Notes under the pieces: generated by a model
What the model was told of the DNA's origin: nothing
Databases searched by the model: none
Seen by the model: the letters and a program-made list of their open reading frames with translations, nothing else
Part shown: positions 1 to 13,163 of the stretch, piece by piece
How positions within the stretch are numbered: position 1 is the stretch's first letter
How the letters are laid out: each line of letters starts with the position of its first letter
From: Camelus ferus
Taxonomy: Eukaryota
Assembly (NCBI RefSeq): GCF_009834535.1
Contig: NC_045701.1
Coordinates: 29,636,001 to 29,700,000, forward strand
Reading direction: 5' to 3'
DNA: 64,000 bases
Made by a program: the position numbers and the translations under genes

Positions 1-510
1 GTGCTATAATCATTCATATATTTTTTGTGTGAATATGGACAACTGTTTTAGTCTTTTGTGTATGTATTTGAAATAAAATTGCTAGGTCACATGGTAACTC
101 TATGTTTAACATCTTGAGGGACTGTGACAATTCTCTCAAAAATGGTTGCACCATTTTCTGTTCCACCAGGAATACATGAGCATTCCAATTGTTCTGTATC
201 CTTGTTGATGCTTGTTATTGTCATCTTGTTGATTATAGCCATCCTAGTGAGTGTGAAGTGGTTTCTTATTATGAATTGGGTTTATGTTTCCCTAGTGACT
301 AATGATGTTGAGCATCTTTTCATGTATTTATCAGCCATTTGTTCATCTTCTTTGGAAATTTGTCTATTTAGGTTCTCTGCCAACTTTTAATTATGTATCT
401 TTTTATTTTAGAATTGTGAGAGTTCTTTATGTATTCTAGATACAATTTGCTAATCAGAATCAGATTTTATAAATATTTTCTCCCATTCTGTACATCATCT
501 TTGCACTCTC
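1..510 (-). mobile_element. Old LINE-1 (L1M-type) ORF2/3' fragment
   Basis: Typical antisense L1 text, e.g. 'ctagtgactaatgatgttgagcatcttttcatgtatttatcagccatttg' and 'attttctcccattctgta'. Confidence 0.75.
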
Positions 511-1569
511 TCCTGACTCTCGTTGATTCTGGGGTTTTTTGTCTGTTGTTTGTCTTGTGAGTTTTTATTTTTAAAACATTTCTGTGAGACTTAAGTGTAT
601 CCTGTATTCAAGGGACAATTTTTTTTTTACAGTGGATATCTGTTTTAATTCTGCCAAATGCATGAGCCTACACTCTAAAGTAGTAAGTTAAAAGAAAATT
701 CTCATGTTGATGTGTTAGGACATACAAAGTGCGTGATGATAAGCCAAACCCTTGTTAGGGAGGATTTATTTTTATTTCCACCAGGAATCAAGTTGGGAGA
801 CATTTTTGCTTATTTCCTACTTCTGTTAGGTAGGCTTTCTTCTAATTTTCTCATCTTTTCAGAACCTGAGCCCTCAGCATGGCCCCCATCTATCTCCTTT
901 CCTTGTTCAGGCCCAAAGGCCAGTCCACAGAGCACTCCCAAATGCCAAGTTCTGTTAGCAGGCTCTCTAGGCAATGGTGTTCTATAGATTCTCCCAGAGT
1001 AGGCAATCATTCAATGCTTGTTTATTTTCCTGGAATCAGCTTTCTAACTGGGCCTCACATGTGACTTTTTTACTTTCCTTTAACATCTTTAATTGAATTT
1101 AAAATATTTTAGATGTCTTTACAATTTTATATGTTTTATAACCCAACCTTGAGTGTGATATACTGACAGCATGTTTTATCAACTGGAGTATAATCCCACC
1201 CACCACTGGAGATATATTTTACCTTATAAATGGTTAGGATTCCTTCAATATTCAGTGTGCTATAATGTGAAGCTGAGATTTTTTTGGTTTACTATGTAGA
1301 AATAGAGCTAAATACAATTTCTTATAGCAAATATTCTGAACTTATTTAATTTTTTTCTCTTCCCTTTGCCTCAATATCTTTCTGTATTCCAGTTTATTTT
1401 GATTTAATTACAGAGCTCTAACACCTGTGATTTGATTATGGAAGTATGTGAGCATATGTGTACTCTCATCTTTTTAACAGATAACATCTCACAGTGGAGG
1501 GGCATGTGTTCTTTACTTGTAGTTCAAATTGAATAACATTCTGCTAGAATGTACTTATTTTATCTTTTG

Positions 1570-2050
1570 CTTATTCATCCAGTAATTATGTATGAACTGC
1601 TGTGTGCCAACGTGTGCACTAGATACTGGGATATATGGAACTTACAGCCTAAAGACAATGCTGACATTAACCTATAATTAAACAAGTAATCATTACCATA
1701 ATTTATGCAAAGATTGGAAATTGCAGGATGTTGTAAAAGAGTAAAATAATGAAATTTAAACTGACCAAGTACATAAAGGGAAGATGCTCTAAAATGAAAT
1801 ATTTTATCTGGGTCTTATACTCACAGGGGGAGTTAGCTGGGTAAAGAGATGAATATTATTCCTGGTGAAGGGAACAGCTTGGAAATAGTGCTAAATTAAG
1901 AAGATGCCTGATGCTTTGGAGAACTGTAAAGAAAGCAAATGTGGCTCTAACTTTATGAAAAGGAGTAGATTGGAACAAAATTCTGGAGGCAGAACATATT
2001 TTGTAGGGTTTTGAAGGACAATTAAGGATGTGAACCTAAGTCCTAATGCT
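1570..2050 (-). mobile_element. LINE-2 3' fragment
   Basis: 'ttattcatccag...ctgtgtgccaacgtgtgcactagatactggg' resembles the reverse complement of the L2 3' end, followed by purine-rich L2-like sequence. Confidence 0.55.
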
Positions 2051-3267
2051 ATGAGTTAGTTGTAGTCAAGTTTAGTTTTTTTTTTAGATGCTGCATCACT
2101 TATGAAGTTTTATTTAAGAGAAATACTCATAATTTGTATGGGACAATTATAGGTATAGTATAAAATTATTTCACTAATAATTATGTTATGAACATTCTGA
2201 TCAACAATATGCTGTAAGGTATTTCAACATGTGAACTTCTAAACATGAAGTTAGTTTGCCATACATTTTAAAGAAACTCGCTATCAAATGTGCTACAAAG
2301 AAACTGAGAGTTGCACTTTAATGACATCACTCTGGATGGTTCTGGAGAATGCATTGAATGTAGGAAAAAATTTATGTGGTGGTTTAGTATTAATTATGAA
2401 ATGATTCCTTGAACAAATAAGAAATGTTGGCCTTGGACTGGGAAAGAATACTTAGGATTAATCATCAGTAAGTGCGGGATTCCCAATTTAGCATGAACTT
2501 CCCCTCTCCTCAACACTCGCAAGCAAATAAGACTTTGCTTATAATTGCAATAAAAATTATGAGCCTACCAAAGGCAAATTGACCTGTAGTTTTATGTGAA
2601 GCACTTGAAATAAACAGTTACATGATATATTACATAAAATCAAAGAGTGTTCTTCTACTTTTATGTATTCAAGTTTGAAAGTCAACTATGTATATATATG
2701 ATGCTTGTTGCAGCCTTTGGTTTCAAGGCTGCTCTTTGCAGTTCTATTGAAATTGTCCTTCTATTGTTTTTCCCTTTTAGTATCTTATATTCACTCTGGC
2801 ATCTTATAGATGTGATACTGTGAAATACAATAATTTTTTTTAATTTTTTGTATCATTGGTTTAAGAGAAAAGATCATATTTTTCCCTTTGTTGTTTACAT
2901 TCTTTGAAAGGTTATTTGTTCAGGGGTCCTCATTTAAGAGAGTATAAATTTATGACTTTCATTAACAATCTGTATCAAAATTATCTCTAACAGAATTTAC
3001 CATATATTTTAATCTTTATTTCTTCACTGATATATATTGACTGTCTATCATAAAAATATTTAATAATTTTATATGTCTGTTTTGCTGTAAATCACTAAAT
3101 TTCATTATGTGTTATAAAAGCATTATATGTGACTTTAAATATTTTATTATATTTTCTGCCCTGATAATGATTCTAAAATAAGACAGTGCAACCATACATT
3201 ACATATAATCCATTCAAATTCTGTTAGGACAGTATTTGAAAGAGTATTAATTATATAGTCCTAAATT

Positions 3268-4206
3268 CTAGAAGTTCTGTGTAGAGCTAACATGTTGACA
3301 TTGTAATTTTCTCATGGCTTTTTGCATTTTCTGATTTCTCAGGGTGTAAATATTAGGATTCAGTAAGGGTGTGATAACAGTGTAAAATACAGCAAGGATT
3401 TTATTACCTGCAAAACTACTGAATGGCCAGGCATAGATAAAGATGCATGGCCCAAAGAACAGAGTGACCACAGCGATGTGGGCAGACAGTGTGGACAGAG
3501 CCTTGGAGAGCCCTCCAGATGATCTTTGTTGCACAGTGACCAGGATGACGGTGTAGGAGACAAGCAGGAGGAGGAAACAGATAAGTGAGAGCAGTCCACT
3601 GTCCGCAATGACAAATAATTCCAGAGTATATGTTTCCACACAGGCAAGCTTAATCACAAGGGGAAGGTCACAAAATATATTGTCAATGATGTGGGGGCCG
3701 CAGAAAGGCAAGTTCACTGTTAATACCATCTGACTCATGGTGTGTATAAAGCCAATTGTCCATGAAAGCACAACAAACCCTCCCAGCACCCTGTGGCTCA
3801 TGATTGTCCTGTAGTGCAGGGGTTTACATATGGCTACATACCTGTCAAAAGCCATGGCTATCAAAAGAGTCATCTCAGCACCTCCAAAGAAGTGCATGAA
3901 GAACATCTGGGCCATGCAGCCCCATATGGAGATGGTCTTGTGTTCAGCGAGCAAGTCTCTGATCATCTTGGGTGTGGTGACCGTGGAGAGACACAGGTCC
4001 AAAACAGAGAGGTTTCCAAGGAGGAAGTACATGGGAGAGTGAAGGGAGGAACTGCATGCCACTGTGACCATAATGAGGATATTTCCCAACACGGTAGCCC
4101 CGTAGATCAAGGAGAATGTCACAAAGAAGACGATCTGAAGTTCCCATGGTGCAGAAAACCCTAGTAGAATAAACTCAGTCACCACAGATCCATTACTCAG
4201 ATCCAT
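3268..4206 (-). CDS. OR4L1: Olfactory receptor 4L1 ortholog, intact, 312 aa
   Basis: Single-exon 7TM ORF with PMYFLL, MAFDRYVAICKPLHY, KALSTLSAH and PLLNP.IYTLRN. The N-terminus MDLSNGS and C-terminus ...VSSTQNF match recalled human OR4L1. The true ATG is at 4206; the ORF track start at 4215 is a GTG. Confidence 0.92.
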   Translation of the reverse strand: MDLSNGSVVTEFILLGFSAPWELQIVFFVTFSLIYGATVLGNILIMVTVACSSSLHSPMYFLLGNLSVLDLCLSTVTTPKMIRDLLAEHKTISIWGCMAQMFFMHFFGGAEMTLLIAMAFDRYVAICKPLHYRTIMSHRVLGGFVVLSWTIGFIHTMSQMVLTVNLPFCGPHIIDNIFCDLPLVIKLACVETYTLELFVIADSGLLSLICFLLLLVSYTVILVTVQQRSSGGLSKALSTLSAHIAVVTLFFGPCIFIYAWPFSSFAGNKILAVFYTVITPLLNPNIYTLRNQKMQKAMRKLQCQHVSSTQNF

Positions 4207-4574
4207 TTCCTCCACTCAGAAAGGTTCCAGAAGTTTTCTACTTATGGAAGAGATTTTTTTTTTTAAAAGCCACAATTGTGTTGATGTCTTCTGATTTCTA
4301 TTTGATGAATAATAGTTGGTGATATGAGAGCATGTATTCTTAAATCTCAGACCTTCTTGAAGCTGTTTTCTCAAATTCTTGCATTACCATTGTTCACAGT
4401 GAAGAGCTTGTGTGTTGTGTGTAAATGTATGTATGCGGTGGGTGGTTTAGAAGTAAAGAGTGCAGTGAGTTGATTCAAACATTTAGATTTTGCTTTGATT
4501 GTAAAGTATCTGACTAAATTCTCTTTACTTAACTTTTTAAACACCATTTGTAGGATCTAGAGGGGTCAAAAATA

Positions 4575-4800
4575 ATCAATAACAATCACATGATTCCTAT
4601 GTGCTAAGCAGTGTTTTAAGAGTTTCATATACATTAACACACTTAATGCTCATAGCAATGCTATGAAGTTTTATAATTACTCTAATTTCGCATATGAAGA
4701 AACCATAGCATAGATGTAGTGAATGACTCATCCAATATTACACAGCTAAAAAGGAACAAAATTGGTATTCAATTCCAGTCAGTCTGACACCAACATGTGG
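4575..4800 (-). mobile_element. MIR SINE
   Basis: Reverse-complement MIR core: 'catatgaagaaaccatagcatag...tgactcatccaatattacacagcta...attcaattccagtcagtctgac'. Confidence 0.7.
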
Positions 4801-6544
4801 GCTTATAGCAATATATCATATTGCCTCCAAAAGTAAAAGAACATGTATTTATGGTAAATTTTTTAAGTATCAATTAAATTTGTTTGTTCCATTCATATGG
4901 AACACAGCAGATATGATTCAACAATTATGTTGGAATCCCTCTATGTAATTAACTGCATATTTTTTTTCCTTATACAAATGAATAAATTCCATCTAGGGAG
5001 TTTACCATCTGGAGAGATTAATTATCAAACAATAAAAGCAAGAAAATATTTACTTTAGCCCATGAGATATGAAAAATGTGGTAAGAATTTTTAAAGAATG
5101 GAAACCACTTCCAAGTGTCACTTTCGAGATATAGCTTCAAGCTTTGTTGTCCTTATCTTCAAAACATTTAAAGTAAAAAGAATTCTTATGATCAGTAAAC
5201 TAAAAGGACAAGGCTTAGGGAATGTGTGAGGATTTATAAGAAGAAAAGAATGAAGAGCAGTGACTAGGAAGCATGGTATATCATCACCATTACTCAACCT
5301 TAATTCCCTCAATTACTGTCCTACCTTAGATATTTTTAAGAAATGGATAATACCTACCAATTAGGGAAAATAAAAATGAAATGATGTAGTTCCTGTAGGT
5401 CAACCTCTAGGAGTGTAGAATAGATGCTGAAAAGTGGACTGTGGACCTGGAGGAGCACACAGAGGATAGCTCCACACCACGCCTTCTGTGAAGGGGTATC
5501 TTACATGATTATCATGTGAGTGAGCAGGAAGGTTGTCAGTGAGACTTTGGTGACAGTAATTGAAATAACTACATGCACTTTAGAGAAAGGACAAGGCTTG
5601 ATAATTAATACAATGAATATGCCAGCTTTAATTTGGGAACCAGTGCCTTTGTTATGGAATTTTATGATCCATGATATAATTAAAAACAGAAAATCTTGAA
5701 TATGAATTTGATTCAGTTAAGCAGAACTTGATTTAAAAGGTTTATTTTGACCTTTTATTTTATTTCAGAGGGAATGCTAGCGTTCATTTATGCTGTTGGT
5801 TTTTCCAGCGTTTGTTCTCTTATTCCTCTTCTTCCTTTCTAAGCATGCTTTCTCAAAATAGTTACTTGATTCTGCACTTAATATACCTGTTCTTATATTA
5901 TGAGAGTACAAAGGCAAGGGAAATGAAAAGGAATAAATTATAGTAGAGACAATCCTATTAGTGAAGAAAGTTTTCTTCCTCTTGAATAATCAATTGCACA
6001 TTTCACTATAATTACCTTTAGTCAACTTATGATGGGCTTTGGAGGATTTTGAAGATAGAATAATAATATATTAGAACTAGGTGGAATTTTGTAATCATTT
6101 ATTCTTCACATCCTGTTTAGTAAATGAAAAGTCAAGATCTACATAATTAATTAAATCTTCCCAAGTCTTAGAGGCAGAACCACCCCAAGGCTATGTCATG
6201 AATATTAGGTGAGATGGTGCAGGTATAAGCTCCTTGCTAGGCACAGAATGAGCACTGAGAGGGCATGTGTTGAATCTGAGTCATTTATGTAAGTCTAATA
6301 TAATCCCGAGACTTTTCCATATGAATGTCTATTAGGAAGGGAATTAGCCATTACCTGGTTAGTAAATTGTTGTATATATATATTTCTGATCTTGCCCATG
6401 TGTATATAATACATATAGTACTTAATATAAGCATAATTGATTCAAGTAAATATTCTCTTCCTTTTTCATTATAGGCATTTTAATAGAATAAACATAATTT
6501 TAATCTTGATGAATTTCATGTTTCTCTAAAATTACACATACTTA

Positions 6545-6800
6545 CGCTAAAATATAGATGGAACCAAAAAAAAAAAAAAAAAAAAAAGCTAAGTAAAAGA
6601 AGCCTGACACAAAGGACCACATGCCGTATAATTTTGTTTATATGAAATGTCTAGGAATCTCAAGTCTGTAAAAACAGAAAGTATATTAGTTGTCTCTTCA
6701 GCTGGTGACTGATTGCAAATGGGCACAAGTTTTCTTTATGTAGTGGTGAAAATGATTTAAAATAAGATTGTGCGTAGCTTATAGTTGCACAGCATTATAC
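6545..6800 (+). mobile_element. Old L1 (L1MB/ME-like) 3' UTR fragment with internal A22 run (6566-6587)
   Basis: 'gctaagtaaaagaagcctgacacaaaggaccacatgccgtataatt...gattgcaaatgggcacaag' is typical L1MB/ME 3' UTR. Confidence 0.65.
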
Positions 6801-7661
6801 ATCTTAACTTTTATTCTGGAGCTAAAATTATCTTTAATATATTAATTTAGTGTTTTTAAATACAGTTTTTTAAGTTTCTAGTACTATCCAGCTGCTTGTA
6901 CTCAAATTTATTTCACCAAGAGATAATCAATAATATGCTACAATCCAATACAATCTAGTTTAAAACTTTATTAAAGTCCTCTATTTGAATTTATAATCTG
7001 ATTTACTTACGTATTTGGAAATGTGCTCTTCTCTGCTTTTATTAGGTTTTTTTTTTTGATATTTTTCTTACTATTTCAAATACTCATAAGGAGTTTCCTG
7101 AACTTTTCACATTTTCCTTCATTCTCTTGAATATGAACATCCTGTAAGACTTCTCCCAATTTAAGATCTCATTTGTGTGTATGGTCTAATTGTAAGATTT
7201 ATATGGAGAGTTTCTAAATATTTCTGATCATTAATTCTCCCTTGCTAGCTTCTTTTCCAACTGCCATTATGATATACTTATTTACATATTCTAGCTACAC
7301 CTGAAACTTGATTAAAAGAAAAGTATCCCTATTCTATCAAAAAAAATGCAAGTTTCTAGCTTTTCCATTATTTTCAATGATATTATGAGTTATCAGGATG
7401 CTCAGGATTTACTTTCTCTAATTTTGTTCGTCATTCCTAATCACTTACCGACTACTGCCCAATTTTACTCTGCAATATCAATTTGAGAGAATATACCTTT
7501 TAAATTTTCATGGAAATTGTTGGTTATAGCTCATTGTCAAATAAGTATGTGATTTCATGTCTCAAAAGACAGAGACTTTTCCTTACAAACAACCCAGAAT
7601 TAATTAAATACTGTCTTCAGTATACTAGCCTTCCAATGAATAACTCTCTATGATATCTTCA

Positions 7662-7964
7662 CTTACCTGCTCTAATGGCACAGAATGAGAAACAACATGT
7701 TCAAGTAGCTATTCAAAATTAGAAACGTACTTTTCATTCTCTGTGATACTCTTCATCTGGTTCTGGATACGATTTTCTGCCTCTTTTATAAAGATGTGAA
7801 CCGCTTTGGAGAGAGATTTGTTGGAGCGCTGGGAATCCAAATTTCACTGGGAGTTGTTAAAACACTGACTCTGCTGCCCTAGCATGACCACCAGAGATGT
7901 GCCCACTTAATTTCAGATCCTGTAATATGCTGTTGCTCTCCTTGAGCATGGGAATGATTAAAAA
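7662..7964 (-). promoter_or_regulatory. Candidate OR4L1 promoter and 5' non-coding exon ending at splice donor 7667/7666
   Basis: The minus strand has a consensus donor CAG|GTAAGT at 7667/7666. TAATCA directly adjoins TTCCCATG (7945-7964), in non-repetitive sequence 3.5 kb upstream of the ATG. Confidence 0.4.
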
Positions 7965-10309
7965 TGCATGAGAATGTTGGTTGGGTGGTTGTGATACGGT
8001 AAGTGTAGGCATCTTTGATTTGATAGACTTTTCCGTTCCCTCATGTTAGTCCCCAGCTGTTTTCTTCACAACTTTGCAGTCATTTTTCAGATGTGTAATC
8101 TCCAAAATCTTCTGTGCATAACATTCCTAATATAAAAAATGGTCTATGCGTGTTGTAATTTATTCCTAAAGCACATACTGTGTACACATTAATGTATTAG
8201 AAGTAGAAATTGTTAAAGATAAAGTTAGAATAAATCATATTAAATTATTTATAATTTGATATACATTAATGTTACAACTGACTGTTTTATGTTCACTAAA
8301 ATACTCACAATTATTTCTTTGATTTAGGTACCTTACATGAGAGTTTCAGAGAATATTTATATGGCAAAATGGTTTTATTATAAAATATTGGAATAAACTT
8401 GTTTTACAAGGTGTTACTTTTACAAAGTTAATCATATTGATCCTGGTGTACTTTGCAACACAGGCTTCAATATCTGTTTCAGTAACTTGCCAACAAAAGA
8501 TGTCATGAGTAACTTTCAAATTGGTTGATATGTCTGCCACTTACCTACAAGTCCTTATTTAATTCCAGTCAAATTCACTACTTAACTCATGGCTTAGTGG
8601 AGATTTTTGTCATAGACTTTGCTTTTATTATGATACTTATTACGATTTATGAGAATTATTTATATACAAATGTTAAAATTAATCCATACTTTTATGTAAG
8701 GCATAACTCTTTCTCATAACACGTAACTTACTCCATCACTTGATTACAGGTCTTTAGAAGTGGTTTCTGTGTACTTTTTGATAGTGTTTGCTGATAAAGA
8801 ATGCATTTTATTTATTGTCATATCATTCATGTTAGCCATTTTTACAGACTGGCAGAAAACACAATTATTTTCTCAGTTGAATGTGTCTTTTGTCCTTTTG
8901 CTGTTAGTAAGAAAATTCAAAAACACTTTTTACAACATTTAGATGAAAATTTAGAGCCTTCCATTGGTTATCATGTGACTTAATATTGCCAAGAAAATGA
9001 TAGAGATTTATTTCATATTTTATGTTTATTTTAATACTTTACTAATCCTAATCACTAGCTAATATATCAAGATATGGTATAGATGTTCAAGTTCATTGTT
9101 AATAATTATGGAAGCAATTCCATATTGTAAAATAATGTTTCTTAATAACTTAGAATTTTTTAGCCAGTTTATTGTTGGTTCTGATAGTTCATTGTTCTTT
9201 TACTTTGTGATTTAACTGATAAAGAGTTTATATTATGGGTACCATTGTCAGTTCTGCCATTTTATAATAGTTTACATGAATTTTGAAAATTAGAATGATC
9301 TTCAATCCAAGGTTTACTTTCAGAAATATTTTTAAAGCCCCTAATGAAGTTGCGGGGGATGAATTCAGCTAAAATAAGATAATATAATTTTTAAGTAACC
9401 CCTCCCCCTTACTTTGGCACACCTAAGCTATTATTAGAGTGATAATTATTTATTGACTAATAATTTGTTCAAAGCAAATGACTGTAAAGAGGCGTGCTTT
9501 CAACCCCTTTGTCTTTGGTTAACTCAAATTTTCTTCAGAAGCTTTTAATGCCCTATGTAGCATGACCAGGTAACATACAGAATTTAGAATACTTTAAAAT
9601 AACCTGTGGAGTAAATATTAGTAAAGGTTATTTATCTTTTAAAATTAAAAGACACATAAATAGATGTTCTCATTTTTTTTCATACCTGATTAATTGATTT
9701 CTGCCAGCTTAAGATGTACTTACTCTCCTTGGGACAATGGGATTAAATAACTTTTAAAATGATTTTTTAATTCAGTCTTCTCTTTTGGTTCAACTATGAA
9801 TTCCGACCCAATATTCCTCCAGGTTCTGTACTACTCACATTAATAGCCTTATTTCTTGATTAAATATGCACCCTAAGTCACTGGCCAGGGTAAAATTCTG
9901 TGATTCCTGATATATGTCTTCCCTCTCCTCAGATGTTTAGTACTCTCAGTTTATATTCACTTTACTGCATATTCCTTGCTACAGAGATTGTGTTTAGTAT
10001 ACACTTCTACCTGTACTTTAATATCTTATTTTTGGTTGATTTATTGAATGAATTTCCTTCCTTTCTCTAATATCCTTCAGCTCTTTAGTGTGGAATATAC
10101 TGTCCTTTGACTTTCTCCAAGGGAAATATTGTGGGACAAAATTTATGTGTTCTAACTTCAAATTTGTTTTCCGGCAGCATAAGTTCTTACAGTGTAGGTA
10201 TTGCTCCAAGAAATAAACTTTATTTACAACAAGTTCTCAAGTGGCTAAAATGAATTCTTGAAATAGATACTGAATTCAACAAAGCTCAAACCTTTCCAGG
10301 GCTCATACT

Positions 10310-11190
10310 GTATGTCAGGAACCTGTCCTCAAGGAATCTTATTATTAGAAATTGACCCAAATAATCCAGTGCTAAATGTGTTGATACAGGTATGCAGTAA
10401 ATGCAAACTTTGTTTTACATAGCTTGCAAATTTCTCATAAAAGAGGCCAAATTTCCCAAAAGAGGCAACTGTGCCTTTAATGATAGGTACGACTTTGCTG
10501 CTAAGAGAAGCAAGAAGAAAAATCTAGGCAGAGAAAATTATATACAGGAAGATATGGAAACATAGAATATTCTGACCTATTAAATGAGCAGAAAATAGCT
10601 AATATGTTTGAAATATATGATAGATTGGTAAAGGGAAAGGGAGAGTTTTTGATGAGGACATAAGTTAGATTAGAATAAGAACTTTGAAAGGTCTTCAGTA
10701 TCAATCAAAGCAATGTGGAATATATTCTGTAGTTAATGGGGAGCTGTTGAAATGGTAAAACAGAATATCAAGAGAACTGAGCTTCACAAGGTAATAGTAA
10801 TAGCACTGTAAAGTATTAGTTTAATAATCTAGGTAAGAAATGATGAAAGTCTGAGCATGGAGAGTAATAGAGAAGAGGGTATGATTAAATTATCAAGTAG
10901 CACTGTGAGGATCTGGTAACAGAGTGTGCATGATTGATGACAGTATGTATGGAGTGGTGAGGTCCAAAAATATTGTCTGTAGATTTTCTGCATCAGAATC
11001 GAATGAAGTAGGGACTTCTGGAATGGAAGACTGTGGAGACTGGTGGACCCTCTCTCCAACAAAAGAAACATTTAACTAGAGAAACTCATGAAGAACAGTA
11101 ATTGGGTTCTCTGAAAATTGACCTAGGGCATACAGAAAATAGAGAAACATGATTTAAGAAAATCTACTAAATATTGTTAAGATGAGTGAG
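10310..11190 (-). mobile_element. Degenerate LINE-2 fragment
   Basis: Purine-rich L2-like stretches such as 'ctaggtaagaaatgatgaaagtctgagcatggagag'. Confidence 0.45.
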
Positions 11191-11450
11191 TCTGGCATTT
11201 AAGCCCCACCACCAATTCTCCTTGCCCTTCCCCACCAGCACTTATGGAAGCCTACTCTGCTCTATTCTCAGTCTTCTGCTTCAGAAAGTTGTGGTCAAGA
11301 AGATAGGGACTCTCATTCCTCAGAGCTTCCAGTCTAGGGTTGTGGTTTAAGGATTCACCCTGGGAGGATAAAAAGCTCTATTCTGGATAGACACCAAGGA
11401 GAGGATGGAAGCTATTTTCCCCCACCCAACTCCTACTTACAGGGCAGAGA

Positions 11451-11735
11451 TTCCACTTATATGAGAAATTTAAAGCAGTCAAACTTATGGACGCAAAAAG
11501 TAGGATGGTGGCTGCCAGGGACTGGGTGGGGGAGGAAATGGGGGGTTGCTTTTCAATGGGGATATAATTTCAGTTATTATATATATATACATATATATAT
11601 ATGTGTATATATATATATATATATTATTCAGTTACATATGTATATATTATAGTACTCTAGGGCACACTTACAGTTTTGTCAAGAGGATGGTTCTCATGTT
11701 AAGTGTTCTTACCACAACAATAATAATTTAAAAAT
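11451..11735 (+). mobile_element. L1MA-type 3' terminus with internal (TA)n microsatellite
   Basis: 'gattccacttatatgag...aaagtaggatggtggctgccaggg...ctcatgttaagtgttcttaccacaac' followed by an A-rich tail; (TA)n at about 11577-11625. Confidence 0.75.
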
Positions 11736-11799
11736 TCTACTCCAGACACAGCAAGTTGAGAATACTAGGGCTCCCCTCAGTACCTCTATCCTCCAGCTT

Positions 11800-12940
11800 A
11801 CTTGAAGAGTGGAGTTCATACCAGAAGGGGCAAGCTGAGATGACTAGGCTTGCTGCTCCTACCCCTAATGCCCATTCATAGAGCAGGGAGATAATTTCGG
11901 GAGATGTGGCTGCTGTCCTTGTCCCCAGCTCCTGTGCAGTGGCACACAGGTTCCACCCAGAAGAACTGGCATACCATGAGTATGAAGAACTCCACAGTTC
12001 CACCTGAGTGGCCTGCCTTTATTCAGAACAGAGCTTGGAGCATTCTGTGTATAGAGACAATGTCAAAAATAATGGTACTCTTGTAGAGAGCAATAAACAA
12101 GGCACTCATAGCACTGTGATACTGGTATCAACAAAACAAATGCACAGCAAGAAGAAGTTTAAGATAGAGAAACAAAGCAGAGACAAACAAGAAAAATTCT
12201 ACTGGGATCACAGCCAACCCTGGGGATAAGGGAAGTGATGGCATGCACTGGCTGCACCCACTTAGGAGAAATCAGACAAAAGCATGGGACAGAATTGAAG
12301 AGATTCTCTAAGCCACATGCAGATCTGTTTATAAAGAGTGGAAGCCTCATTGACTCAAGAAGCTTAAGGCAGTCACTAATTAAATAGTCTGAAAAATAAG
12401 CTATACAGAACCAAGGACAACGCCTAGGAAGCCAAACTTAAAAATAAAAATCACACAAATTTCTCATAGTCTGGAAGACAATGTGAAAACCCCTGTCTGT
12501 GCACCTCCCAAAAATGATTGGAGAAGGAGCATCCAACTATTAGTCTCTGACTAAATGTGGGACAAAAATGTAAACTCCTTGAATTATGAGAGCAGCCTCC
12601 AAGCCACATGCATGCACATCTAGTAATAAAGGATAAAATTCTAACTGGCCAGGGAGATACAAGCAAAACCATTGACCAATAAGTGGCTTGCGATGTCTCA
12701 GGGGTAGCCAGACTGGAAGATTAAAATCAAGGAAAAAAATCTGGACAGGGCCATCAGAGACTACATACTGCAGGGGAAATAAACTTCACAGAGTTCAGAG
12801 TTAGTTCAGCCAAGTCACTAAAGGAACAACCAAGCAAATAATAACAAGAACATCAACACTAGAAGAGAGAGGTATCAATGACCCCAGTTATTTCAGTATA
12901 TTAACAAAAATGTTTAATTTTCAACCAAAAAAAATTCTCA
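11800..12940 (+). mobile_element. Old L1 (L1M4/MC-like) 5' region fragment
   Basis: 'ccagttatttcagtatattaacaaaaatgtttaattttcaacc' and 'gttcagccaagtcactaaaggaacaacc' resemble L1MC/M4 5' ends. Confidence 0.45.
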
Positions 12941-13163
12941 TGGGTTGCTATAGCCATCTCAGTGTGGTACTGGCATCTCTCCTAATTTAGGTGTAATCCC
13001 ACATGCATATTTCATAACCTAGAGAATAAATTGTAAAGTTAACCACCAATATCTCCTTGATAAGGAAAAGTAAAAGAAAAAAGAATTTTTAAATCTATCA
13101 ACAAATATGATATTTACACAATTATAATAACAAACACTTGAGGAAGGAAATATTCTTAGTTTC

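Noticed and set aside
520-1100. Moderately GC-rich segment with short ORFs (712-987, 810-1010, 879-1064)
   Set aside because: No domain or motif is recognisable. It is probably an old repeat that I could not assign.
3360-4164. Alternative-frame and antisense ORFs overlapping OR genes (e.g. 3793-4164+, 15551-15814+, 33253-33468-, 52203-52433+, 62798-63133+)
   Set aside because: These are shadows of OR codon usage, with no recognisable domains and recurring in each paralog.
4207-4215. ORF-track N-terminal extensions from GTG/TTG starts (4215, 52843, 60225)
   Set aside because: These are non-ATG codons. At 52843 and 60225 they sit at or just after splice acceptors, and the homologous ATGs are 4206 and 52828.
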